Of a DNA stretch of 64,000 nt, positions 12,724-25,559 are shown one piece after another. Source of the stretch: Oopsacas minuta (Eukaryota > Animalia > Porifera); NCBI GenBank assembly GCA_024704765.1, contig JAKMXF010000306.1:1-64000 (forward strand), written 5' to 3'. The notes under the pieces are model-generated. The model had not been told where the DNA came from. It worked only from the letters and a program-made list of their open reading frames with translations, and did no database searches. The translations under genes and the position numbers were made by a program. Within the stretch, counting starts at the first letter, position 1. Every line of letters starts with the position of its first letter.

Positions 12724-14065
12724 CAGGGTGTCTCAAAATTATTGCGGTGTTGTATAATACTCAATAACTTTAGAATTAATACACTTTGATAAAGTTCTAT
12801 TTGCCAATATATTCCCCTGACAATTCTATACATCTCTGAACCCGCATTGGCATCCCTAAGTACAATCTTTCTAAAATATCAGGGTCGATTGATGACCAAG
12901 CATTTTTTAGCATCTTTTCCAAATCATTAACGTTGACAGCAGGCTTCATCTTGTCAATCTTATCTTGAACGATTGACCAAATATTCTCAATTGGGTTGAG
13001 ATCCGGAGGGTTGCCTGGCCACTTCTGTTTCTCCCAGAACCCAGGTAAGTTCTGTCTGTACCAGTCTTGAGTCTTTCTAGCTGTATGAGCCGGAGCTCCA
13101 TCCTGCATAAATATAGCTTTGGACATGTCTGGTATCATTTTTCTTTCTAAGATCCCTCCATTTTCATCTGTTCTACGCAACGCTTGAATACATGGCCCTT
13201 CTAGAATCTCGTCTACATAATATTTCGCATTAATTGTCTCTTTTTGAGGCAATATATGGAGTGTAGAAAGCGCTTGATAGCTCACCATACCCCAAACCAT
13301 CACTTTTGCGGGAAATTTAATAGTTTGGCGGGGAGTTACTTGTGTACCGTCTCTCCACATATTCGATCGTTCTGTGGATTCGATGGGTGAAATAACTCAT
13401 AGGGAGATTCGTCTGACCAGAGTACACGATTCCAATCATCCACTGTCCAATTCACCTTATCCATACAGAAGCTTAGTCTCTTTTTCTTATGAAATTCTGT
13501 TAGTAAGGGGGTTTTGGTCTTTTATAAGGGTGAACTTTTAAATCCTTGAACAAATACCGGTGTACAGTGTCCTTTGAAACAGTATTTCCCATGTTTGTAA
13601 GTTCCTATCCATAGATTTTGTCGACTTGTGTCTCTTGTCCAATGATTTGCGATAACAATCTTTGAGACTCTGGGTAACTTTTTCGGACGTCCAGCACCCC
13701 TCTTATGTTGTAGGCTTTTATGTGCTTTATGTTTGTACCACCATCTTTGTATGGTTGAAACATCTTTTCCAAGAGAGAGAGCAACGGTCTTTTGTGTTTT
13801 TCCACTAAGCAGCATTCCAATGGCCCTGTTACGGACTTCAACTTTCTCCAAACGCACATTCATCTGCTAATAATTCGCCAATACTCTAAACTAAACTCAA
13901 AATTCCAAAAATAACTATAACCATCTATGGTATAATGCATATTAATAATTACTAAGGTTGGCTTATAAAATTCGCACTAGTAAATTTAACCTGTATCCGA
14001 TTACACTGTTCTTATTTCCTTATAGTTGATCTAATACAACACCGCAATAATTTTGAGACACCCTG
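12724..14065 (-). mobile_element. Tc1-like element, DD37E (TRT-type), frameshifted transposase
   Basis: Perfect 31-bp TIRs cagggtgtctcaaaattattgcggtgttgta and TA TSDs. ORFs 13522-13863 (HTH) and 12797-13360. QDGAPAH...PPDLNPIE has 37 residues between D and E. Confidence 0.95.
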
Positions 14066-14533
14066 TAGTGTTAATTATCAGTAGGCACATCATATAATGA
14101 TTGTTTAGAGTAGGGGTTTCCAACCTAAGGTCTGAATCCGGCCGCTTGCCTTAAAACACGCATTGGATCAATCTTCGCTGACCTAAATGACAAAACCAAA
14201 TTGATATCCCCTTTTCTACTATAATAATATCTAATTTGCTGTCGAATACTTTGTATTAATCACTTTTGTATTAACAGAATTTCATTCTCTGCTTTGTCCT
14301 AACCCTATCGAGCAACCCCTCGTTCGACTTCGCTAGGCTTGTTGAACATATATCTACCATCTAAATGTTCTTGGGACACGATTTAAGGAATTATACCCAG
14401 TGAGCTAGTACCCTCTCGTAAGTTTTACACATTGTTTACAGATAATAATGAAAATTAACGCCTATGATGAAAGGTAGTTGATGCCTTGATTGAGTTTGGA
14501 AGTATCACATTATTGACCACGGCTGGCCCAATA

Positions 14534-16207
14534 CGAAGGGCACTCGAAAAGTTTTGAGGTTGACCGCCATATCAGATAGTGATAATAAAATTGACTATTG
14601 CATTTTACAAATTCTCTCCCTGACAATCTATACATTTTTTCATTCTGGTAAACTAATTATCAAAACATTTTTTCAACTCTTCTTTGGGTATGTCTCCGAT
14701 CGCTTGGAAAAGTGCCCCTCTCAACTCCTCATTAGTCGAAAATCTCCTCCCACGTAATTGATCTTTGATTCTAGGGAACAACCAGAAGTGTAGAGTGGGT
14801 GAGATAATGTTTTGAGTCCAGAATTTTCCAATAACTCACGAGTTCTGATTGCCGTATGCGATGATGCATTATCATGATGAAAAAGAATTCCTCTAATGCC
14901 TATCTTCTCCCGCTGTAACCCAATTGCTGTGATGACTTTGGGTAGGCACACTGTAGTGTACCAGTCGGCAGTAACAGTCTTTCTATCCTCGAGAGCAACA
15001 GCTTCGACAAACCCACTAGATCTGAAAAAAATCGCCCACATTTGTTTCCCAACAGATCTAGCCCTCCGCACTTTGGTTGGAGGTGGGGCATCATCTTCAA
15101 CCCACTCCTTTTACATTCGATTTGTTTCTGGATCATAATGGTATATCCATGTCTCATCCATCACCTGTAAGGATCTCAGAAACAGCTCTTGTATTTCCAT
15201 TAGCAACCTTTTGAGCATAATTTTGCAAAAGTCTATGGGGATATATTTTTGCTGTAAGTTCAAAGAATGGGGGATCCATCGGGCACACAACTTACTGACA
15301 CAAAGCTCTTTGTACAAAATGATATTAATTGTCCCCGATGTTAACTCGGTTTCATACTCTAACTGAGCGTACGTAATATGAGGATCTTTAGTAACTAGAT
15401 CTAGCATTTCATTAACATTTTCTTCATTATGTGAAATATTCGGTCTTCCTGAACGAGGGGCATCTTCAAGAACAAAGTTTCCGTGAATGAATTCCCTGTA
15501 CCATCGTTCAACTGTACTTTGAGAAGGAGCTAGATCCGGGAAATGTTCGTGTAAAGATTCATACATTTCTACTCTTGTCTTCTGTAGTTAGAAACAAAGC
15601 GAATGTCAAAGGAGTGGGTTGAAGATGATGCCCCACCTCCAACCAAAGTGCGGAGGGCTAGATCTGTTGGGAAACAAATGTGGGCGATTTTTTTCAGATC
15701 TAGTGGGTTTGTCGAAGCTGTTGCTCTCGAGGATAGAAAGACTGTTACTGCCGACTGGTACACTACGGTGTGCCTACCCAAAGTCATCACAGCAATTGGG
15801 TCACAGCGGGAGAAGACAGGCATTAGAGGAATTCTTTTTCATCATGATAATGCATCATCGCATACGGCAATCAGAACTCGTGAGTTATTGGAAAATTCTG
15901 GACTCAAAACATTACCTCACCCACTCTACAGTCCTGATTTAGCCCCTTGCGACTTCTGGTTGTTCCCTAGACTCAAAGATCAATTACGTGGGAGGAGATT
16001 TTCGACTAATGAGGAGTTGAGAGGGGCACTTTTCCAAGCGATCGGAGACATACCCAAAGAAGAGTTGAAAAAATGTTTTGATAATTAGTTTACCAGAATG
16101 AAAAAATGTATGGATTGTCAGGAAGAGTATTTGCAAAATGTAATAGTCAATTTTATTATCACTATCTGATATGTCGGTCAACCTCAAAACTTTTCGAGTG
16201 CCCTTCG
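14534..16207. mobile_element. Rearranged mariner (DD34D) with ~600-bp inverted arms (fold-back structure)
   Basis: Both ends start with cgaagggcactcgaaaagttttgaggttgacc. The minus strand 15600->14534 carries most of a transposase, and 15590-16207 repeats its 3' half on the plus strand. HDNASSH...YSPDLAPCD gives D34D spacing. Confidence 0.9.
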
Positions 16208-16547
16208 CACTAGCGAGCTTCGCGTGTCATGTGGCTGCGTGACAGCTTGATAAGTAAATTGAAGCATGTTCTTGATACATTATCATAGATTTATCAAACC
16301 TATGGCGTACCCAAAATTATACAACATGATCAAGGGAAAGAGTTTACAAGCAAGTTATTTAAAATCTGAAATTCACAAATTTTGATAAACAAAATGAGAG
16401 AGAATTTTGAATAAATGTTTTCACTTTAGGAGTTCAGATATACCACTACGCACTTAATATAGATTATCGGTTGATAGTTGCTTACCACTCCCAAGGCAAC
16501 GGATTGGTTGAAGTACATAACAAGATATTCTAACTGTAATGGATATA

Positions 16548-17622
16548 CAGTGTGTCCCATAAAAAACTGGAATAGGTAAATCATTTCAAAGAATATTATT
16601 ATCGAAGATTTTTTCAATGTTTTTCCGAAATATCTAAAGTAATTTAGTAGTTCTTCAGTATTTTATCTTATAACCGCTATTTTCCTGAACCAGCTGACAT
16701 CTTTTGGGCATGGAAGCCCAATAAGGTCGAAGAAAATCTGCATCAATCCCCTCCCAAATTTTCAATAGTTGTAATTTGAGGTCTCGAATATTTTTAGGGT
16801 TGCGTTAGATTAGTTCTAACTTAATCCAGGCGAACAAGTTTTCAATAGGGTTAACATCTGGTCTTTGACTTGGCCAGTCTATTCTGTTTTGTTTCATATT
16901 TTTGTCAATCCATGCCTTGGTTAGTTTGGCTGTGTTTTGGGTCGTTATCCTGCACCAAAATCCACTCAGACCCATGAAAAACAGTTGCTTGTGTTATCAA
17001 GTGCCCCTCTAGTATATTCACAAAGAGAGCTGCTGTGAGTATTTCTTGGAAAATACATAGTGGAAACGTTACTACAGACGAAAAAGCAGCCCAAATGTTG
17101 ACTTTTTGGGTATGTTTCACTGTTGTTCGCAGCCTCTCAGTACCTTCCTTGGTCCACATGCGAATTCTCCCACGTGCGATCCAAATCGAAGCCTCATCGG
17201 TGAATATAGCATGTTGCCAATCATTACTAAGATTTTTCTCTGCCCATTCAAGTCGTGATATACGATTTTTCTCAGATAGTAGAGGAATGGGGCTAGGGTA
17301 GGGCTTCGTATACCTTAACTTCTTCAAAGCACGTGCAACCGTATTCTTTGAGGTGGTAACTGGACACTTATCAGCCATAGCTAAGAGAAATGTAAGGGGT
17401 TCTCCGAATTTGTCGTGCGATACTGTCCGTTATTAATGGGAGTAATTTCCCTGGCCTCCCACTCCCTTTTCTTCGTTCAATTGGCAAACATTCACTTATT
17501 CGGGATTTTAGGTTGTAAACCGTTGTTAATGAGACCCCTACAATTCTAGATATTTCCTTAACTGAGTGTTTATTCCCCTTTAGAAGTATAATTGCGTGTT
17601 CCCTTTTCTCAGTCTGACACAT
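16548..17622 (-). mobile_element. Tc1-like element, 5' TIR not found
   Basis: TIR-like ta|cagtgtgtcccataaaaaactgg at 16548. ORFs 17371-17622 (HTH) and 16905-17378 (FTDEASIW, QDNDPKH), followed by WPSQRPDVNPIEN. Confidence 0.85.
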
Positions 17623-17945
17623 GGTGAATAATAAATGTTATTAAATCAAAATGATAATACAGATATAAATGATTATAGCAAAAGTGTTTGTGTCATGATG
17701 ATGCAACAGTAAATATACGCAAAAAATTTTTATAATATAAGGGAAATGTATTCCCAATAAAAACATGACTTAATGGAATATAAAATTTTAAGTAGATATG
17801 CCTAATACAGACTGATAGAAAAATTCAATTACAATATAACCTTGACCGTAGTATATTTACAGTATTTGACTATCTAAGACATTTCGTATAGCCTTTTAAT
17901 GCATTCAATTCGATTTAGCCTACATTTTCACAAAAATTTATTCTA

Positions 17946-19101
17946 TTGACCATGAGTCCTGAGAGGTCAGTAATTGTTGAATTATACAAGGCGGGAAAAA
18001 GCCCTCCTGAGATTTTAAAAATGTTAAATATTGCTAAAGGACGTAAAGCATTCATCTACAGGACAATAAAACGTTACAATGAAACTGGGGACACGAATGA
18101 CGAACCAAGATCTGGTTGTCCTTGTTCTGTGAGAACCGCAGCCCTCAAGAGGAGGATGAGAGGACGGATTCGGCGAAATCCACGGTTATCTATGAGAAAA
18201 ATGGCTAAGGAGTTGAAAGTTACACATCAAACTGTCCAAAAAGTGGTACACCGTGACTTGAAAATGTTTTGTTTTACAAGAAAGAAAGTACACTTCCTCT
18301 CAGAGTTGGTCAAGACAAAACGATTGTTGAGAAGCAAGGCGTTACTTGCAAGACACGCTACCGGCGGATTCGAAAATATCATCTTTACAGATGAAAAGAC
18401 TTTCACTATAGCTGAGGCTACGAATGTTCAAAATGATCGTGTGATCTCTACAGTTATCTCAGAGATCCCTGATATGTTTAGGTACATCAGTCGGAAAATG
18501 AAACTTCTCTCAGTGATGATTTGGGCTCGTGTCTCTGCTGTTGGCCGCACGCCATTGATTTTCGTACCTGCTGGAGTGAAAATCAACGCGAAAACTTACA
18601 AGGACTCGATCCTAGAACCTGTTGTAAAAATCTGAGCCAGACAATGTTTTTCGGACAGCCATTTGTTTTCCAACAAGATGGTGCTCCTGCTCATACGGCG
18701 ATTACCACACAGGACTGGTTAGAGGGCAAAATCCTCGATTTTATCCGAAAGGAAGAATTGCCTCCATAGAGCCCTGATTTAAATCCAATGGACTATTCTC
18801 TTTGGTCCATCTTGGAGAATAGAGCTTGCTCGGTTTCACACAGCACTATAAAGTCCCTGAAAAAGTCTTTGTATCGCGAATGGAAGAATATACCCCAGGG
18901 AACCCTGCGTGCCGCAGTGGAAAGTTTCCCTACCAGACTCAAGGCTGTAATTTCCAAAAAAGGAGAATATATAGAATAACTATTTTAGTAATTGAATCAT
19001 AACAGTAGTAAATAGTCGTATATGCAATATTAACATTATATTCCAAGTTGTAAAAATATAATCGAGAAAATCCTTTGTATCAGAACTTAGCAGCCACCCT
19101 G
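17946..19101 (+). mobile_element. maT/mori-type (DD37D) element, 5' end truncated, frameshifted
   Basis: ORFs 17946-18635 (FTDEKTF), QQDGAPAHT and 18788-18979 (MDYSLWSILE). Right TIR ttgtatcagaacttagcagccaccctg|ta. Same family as 30926-32237. Confidence 0.9.
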
Positions 19102-19721
19102 TACTATCGCCACTCTGAGCCAGTTATGGACTTAACACATACACGAAATCCCACTTTTTTAAACACATACAGTGATACAATTATTATCGAATAATGTTTC
19201 AATATATATAAACTCAACTGTATACCAGGAACCAGCGAAATTAGCACGAAATGTCCCGAATTCCTATTACCAGTAATACAGGTAGCAATTATGAAATGCA
19301 ACAGCACAAAAAGTGCTCAAAGCTCCAGTTGTTTCATCCAAGTCTGAGCACCACTGATTTCACCTGACATTCGCACTGTCATGCATGGATGGCGGAATAG
19401 GGGGGGGACTGGGCCCCCAATAAATATTTATGGGTAGCTGAGCCCCCCCACTTATTCATTACTTATAATCACTTGGATTGCCATTTAATTAACTACCTGC
19501 GCAATTGAATGTTATAAAAATGTAAGTTCCAAGTATTAATCGGAAATTGATCTCATTGTGACATATAATAGGATAATTAAACATGAGAAAGAATCCAACA
19601 ATTAAGGAATTGAATCAAAAGATGTTTCGATTTTTACTCCTGTATATGGTTGCCTGAACAATGATACATATAGATTAGGCCATTCAAATTTGAGATTCTT
19701 CAAACTATTTTCAAATTTCGA

Positions 19722-22700
19722 ATGTTATCTAAGAAATATTGTGTTGTGCGTCTTCTAGGACAACAAACATTGGGCAACTTTATCGGAATAAAACGAAATG
19801 ATTGTTTGGTTTCATCTATTGATACAGGATCGGATCAAGGAATAAATAATTCCGCTGAAAATGACATACTAAATCCTTCTTCTTCAAGTGTAGATGAAAT
19901 AGAAAATCCTGCGCGGTTGATCTGTGAAAACATATGTTGTTGGTTAGAAAGTGGTGGGCCTTTTCTGGATTTTAACGCAAGAAATTTACTAGCATGTATA
20001 AAAAAGGCTGATGAAGGTTCTAAAGTCCAGGAAAGAACATTTCAAAGAAATTGGCCTAATCAATACCATTGGCTCATCTATTGCATTTACAATAAAAATG
20101 CATTTTGCTATGTCTGCAAACGAGGTATACATTTGAAACGAATCGCATATTTAGAAAAGGTGAAGAGGCATTCATCTATGTGGAGTTTTCAATTGGAAGA
20201 GCGGAAGAGAAAAGTTCAAGAATCATGAACAAAGTCAGTTCCACAACCACAACCTTGCGTGCCAGAAGTAAAAAGCATATCTTCAGTTTCAATATGTGAT
20301 CAACTTGCAGCTATTGATGTGCGTCAAAATGAACAGCATTATCGAGGATTACTAGCCCAGATAGATTCAACAAAGTATTTATGTCGCCAAGGGCTCCCTC
20401 TCAGAAATATAGAAGAAACTGAAGGAAATTGAAATCAACAATTGAAACTTAGAGCTGGAGATAATTATCATATATAGCTTCAAGAAATTATATGAGTCAC
20501 GATATAATATCTGAGATTATAGAAATAATGGCTAGTCATATTATAACTTCCATCCTAGGAAGAATACGTAAAATGAATGTTTCTTGTTATTGCTGATGGA
20601 AGACGTGATATCTCTGGGATTGAACAATTCTCTTTTTGTGTTCGGACGGTTAATAATGATTTCAGCTTTAATGAAGACTTTTTAGGACTATATGCACTTC
20701 CAGTAACTTCTGCAGCTGTGATGTTTGATGTGATAGGTGATATTCTCGTAGGATGGAATAGATAATAATATATGCCGAGGACAATCATATGATGGTGCTT
20801 CGGCAATGTCTGGGCATACTTCTGGAGTGGTCACTCCTTGTAAATTGGTTGTTGACGAAGCAATTTCGTTCATTGTTATTCTCACAAGTTGATTTTGATT
20901 TTACATGATCTTGTAAAGAATGTAAGAATTTTATCAGACGCTCAGGATATGCCAAAGAATTATACAATTTCATAATGCTAGCACCTAAGAGATTGATCAC
21001 TTTCCAAAAATTCTAGACCAGCTAATCTTCGATGAAGACAATGAATGGACACAATTTGAATCCCTGAAAAGCCTTCTCTAACTCGATTTACCTGCAGAAC
21101 TAGTGTATATTGTGCAATTTTCACAAATTACAAACCCCTAATAGATGTCCTAGAATCATTAAGTTTTGAAACAGGGGAAACACTGGAAAAATCATTAGCT
21201 CTGCTTGAGATATTATCAAGTTACAAGAACATGTTTGCAATTACCTTGCGAAACTATTATTCTGTCACATCGAGCATGTAGCAATTATTTTACAAATTAA
21301 AGATCTGAATTCAGAAACAGCTGCACATGCATTAAAACTATTTCGCTGTATTTGGAAGCCCAAAGGACAGATCCTAAGTATATTTTTCCTTATTTGAAAT
21401 AGAAGCGAAAATTACATTGTGAACCGCCGTCAATACCTCGTTCTCTAGCACAATTATTTCCTCACATTATACAGGGTGTCTAATAAGTTCTGTTATATAT
21501 CAATTCCCCAATAATTTCAAATTTATCCATTGTAAAGCCATGAAACTTTCTATTTTCTTAGGACTTATGTTCCTAATTACAAATTACAAATATCATTCAA
21601 TATAGCCTCCCTTTTTATGAATTACGCAAGTTAGTCTGCTCCGAAACTGATGGACAGCTTTTCGCAGCTCCTCCTGTGGGATTTTCTGCCATTCACTCGA
21701 CAAACTAACTTTGAGGGACTCCAAACTCTTGTGAGATTTCGCACAGGCCCTGCTCTCCAAGTTTGCCCAAACAGAATAGTCGAGTGGGTTTAAATCTGGG
21801 CTTGATGGTGGCCATTCATCCTTTACTTATGAAATCGATATTTTGCTCACGGAACCAACTCTGGGATACTTTTGAAGCATGTGCAGGCGCAGAGTCTTGT
21901 TGGTAAGTCCAAGGATGGTTTTGAAAGAGCTTCTCACCCGCAGACGCAATTTCAGGCTCCAAGACCAGTTCTCTTTACGTCTGGGAGTTTATTTTCACTC
22001 ATTGGGGGACAAAAATCAGGTTTGTCCGTGAGTCTGCCGACACTCCCGCCCATACCATCAGAGAAAGAGGCTTCTGGACTCTTTCAATGTACTTGATGCT
22101 ATCTGGGATATCCTGACTTCGAGAAGCAAGTATACGGTCGTTTTGACGATTGCTTGCCTCCTCAACGGTGAACAGCTTCTCATCTGAGAAGAGAATCTGA
22201 TCTTCAGTCCCAGGAGCGAATCGGGCTTTTAGTTGTATGCATCTTTCGAGTCGCTTACGACGTATGGAGTCGTTAAGATGGTGTACGTTTTTCCGCTTAT
22301 AGGACTTCATTCCTAGGTCCTCTACAACCAATTTCCGCATTGTTTCGTGATTGACACAGAATTCACGAGACATTTTTCGCATTGAACGCCGGGGATTTCT
22401 TAGGATTCGACATCTAACACTATTCTTCAGGGCTGGTGTGCGGGCGGATCTTGGACGACCAATTCGTTTCCTGTCGGACACGCTGCCAGTCTCTATATAT
22501 CGTTTTATTGTGCGATAGATCAACATGGGATTCACTTTATCATTTTTTAGCCTTTTTAGAATTTCACTATTGCTAAATCCAGATTCGTGAAAAGTGACAA
22601 TTTTTGAACGAATTTCTTCTAACATGATTTTCTGGGAAATCATCAACTTGAATGATATATACTTGGTATAATTTGAAAGAGCGCCAAAAATGCTACAAGA

Positions 22701-23260
22701 AATTCTAGAAGATTACTTCATAAGTATATTAATAGCTACTGTCTAAGGCGCGAAAATGTATAACAGAACTTATTAGACACCCTGTACATCCTAAAGACTA
22801 CTTCAAGATGCAATACTTTGAGATATTGGATTCTATGATATCGTCTATCAGTTAAAGGATTAACGAACAAGCTATGGAAAAGTTAAATTGATTCAAACAG
22901 CTCTGATCTCTACTACAAATGGTTGTTTTGATGAAAGATAAATCGAGAAGATAAAGAATACATGCCATAAAGACATTACTATGCAAAAATTAGTTGCAGA
23001 AATACAATTATTCAAATACTCAAGAGCATGTCTCAAGGTAGGAGAAGAAGGGACAACACTCCAAATACCAAAGATTTCCACTGTTATCGAACTAATAAAC
23101 AAGATACCTGGAAGTGAAATGATGTTTAGCGATATATTAAGTTAATGAAACTATATTTAGTAATACCCATGACAAGTTGCACGCCTGAAAGGTCATTTTC
23201 AGCTTTGAAAGCAATAAAGAATTATCAAGAGCAACAATGAGGCAAAAACAATTGAATAAT
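19722..23260 (+). pseudogene. hAT transposase relic (ZMYM1/TTF-zinc-finger type), split by a nested maT element
   Basis: TTF-like zinc finger (FQRNWPNQYHWL...FCYVC), IADGRRDISGIEQFSFCVR, SYDGASAMSG, FVHCYSHKL and, after the insertion, PKDYFKMQYFEILD and the C-terminal dimerisation motif TSCTPERSFSALK. Confidence 0.8.
21472..22784 (-). mobile_element. maT/mori-type (DD37D) element nested in the hAT relic
   Basis: Perfect 26-bp TIRs cagggtgtctaataagttctgttata and TA TSDs. ORF 21999-22646 (FSDEKLF), then a WPPSSPDLNPLDY C-terminus after an internal deletion. Confidence 0.95.
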
Positions 23261-23886
23261 TTGCTAACAATATATATATATAAACATTTAGCATATGAAC
23301 CTAATGTTGAAGCTATTGGGAAAGTATTTATTTATGAACTGTTGTGATAACAAACGTTCAAGTTAGTAATCCGCGGTCGACAGCGAATGGTCTCGCGGGC
23401 CACCGTTTGAGCACCCTTGACCTACCCCATCCTTTGAATAGCGATATCTTCCTGATATTTCACTGCTCTGTGAGGCAAACAGAAAGCAGGACGAACACAT
23501 AATGGCGTTCTTAACAGTTGATTAGGTCAGCCTCCTTCGATATATTTCTTCTCCCGACTCGAGCATTTTCATGTGCCAGTATGATTCAAACGACCTATAG
23601 CTACCAAGGTAAAAGCTCTTCGGAAAGCTGTTCTCTCCCTGGCAGAAATGGAACCGGTCAGCTTTTTCATGGCCTGACCCGACCAGTCGACTGGTAACTA
23701 TGACTATATACTGCCTGGCCAAAAGTATTGGGACACCCTGCCACTTGTGACATAAGTGGCACACGGCGAGAATATGTTCAATATTCTGTGGATATAGCAG
23801 AAAGTAGAAAAATCTCTTTTACTCAAAGTTGATGAATTAATATATATTCAAAAATGTATGAGATAATTTTCAGTTATGGTCTAGTT

Positions 23887-24026
23887 CAGTGGTTCTCAAC
23901 CTGGGGTCCGCGGCCCATAGGGAGCCCGCATCCCTAAAATGTCTTCGTTATGTTTATTGGCAGGGGTCCGCAGACCCCATAAAATGGACCAAAGAGGTCC
24001 GCGGAAAAAAAGGTTGAGAATCAATG
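23887..24026. mobile_element. hAT (Charlie/Buster-like) MITE
   Basis: TIRs cagtggttctcaacct / aggttgagaatcaatg and an exact 8-bp TSD gtctagtt on both sides. Confidence 0.85.
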
Positions 24027-25559
24027 GTCTAGTTTAATCAAACTGCTAAGTCGAAGTTTTTGGTCAATATGATTACAGAATCAAATTCAGATTTACCATA
24101 TCCAGAAATTCTGACCGGCCGGTCGAAATCTTCGACCGGTACCCGACCCAACTCAACCCGACCGGTTCCATCTCTGCTCCCTGGCATATTCTGTGAAGTT
24201 GGTTGACAAGGTGAGCCTGAGCCAAGAAAATGTCGAAAATGCCGAGAGTGAAATATGATTAATCATATGATAATGAATTCTGTAGTAAGGATTTATATTC
24301 CTATAAAAATAGTAGCATACTGCTTCCTGCACAGTTCCCACTCCAATCGCATCTAGCTAAAACTCAGAATTATCCATCTGTAAAAATCTCAGGGGGCGCC
24401 ATTGTATCCGCCCCTGGGTTCAGGCCCTATATTTATATATGATTTCATGAAAAACTGCCTCCTCTATCCCCCTCCTGTAAGATAAACCTGGTTCCACGCC
24501 TCATATTATATCTATAAATTATTGATTACGCTAACGTATATTGGAGCTATCGACCGTATACTAATCCTCTAATTTATATTCACTCAACTTCTATTACAGC
24601 GAACACTTATATATGGAAATAAACCTTTAAAATTGTCTAAATATACTCTCAAACAGCCAAAGGTAATATAAATTTCATCGGTTATATCGAAATCCACGTA
24701 TATTGAAGTTATTTTCGCTTCGCCTCCCCTTGAACTTTGATTTAACTGGTGTTAATTGACTGTTGTAGAATATTGTCTGGATTGAATTTGTTTTCGTTTT
24801 TGTATTTTAATTGGAGTCGCTATAGTATATTCATTCAATGTCCAATATTTATTTTTTTGTGCCTCCAATTAATAATGACACTTTAAATAAATTCAACTAA
24901 CATATGCTGTTACCCGTTGATACAGACTGTACTTAAATATATTCATTACTGCCACATTTGTCTATTTTAGTAGCCATTATGCTATACCGGAGGGAGACGT
25001 TTGTGTACAGAAGGACAACATTTGTGTACAAATATATCTGTACACAAACGTCGCACTAACGTTTTACCTTGGATTAGTCTCAATATTGCTCCTGGGTGTC
25101 TGACCATCTCCTTGTTGTAAAATTGGGTAAATCGATATCTATTAGGTGAATAGAGTATTGATAGGTTTAGTTAAGAATATTGGCAGTAATTGGCGATTAT
25201 GTGGATTTTACCTTACTATTTCACTAATTTAATTTTTGTGCCAAGCTAGTGCGGCGTTTGTTTACCATATATTTGTATAGTCTTCTTGCTGTTTTTACAC
25301 AAAGGTCGCACTATCTTTGTCACAAATGTCCTTCTCCCATGTTATACCCATCACAGAATACTTGGTAAACTATCGTATTAAAGTGCATAATGGATATAAT
25401 GATTATGAGTATAGGTAGTGATATATTGGTTATTGTGATAATTTGGCCCAATATCTGTGCCCCAGTACTGTCACGACATCTAGTATGTACTGGATTGATC
25501 CACATTTCTTTATGCAATATAGACTAATTTAGTTCTATTTTTTGCTCTAGAATTATCTG

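Noticed and set aside
25258-25265. FoxO-type site TTGTTTAC upstream of STK11
   Set aside because: An AT-rich 8-mer expected several times by chance in this window.
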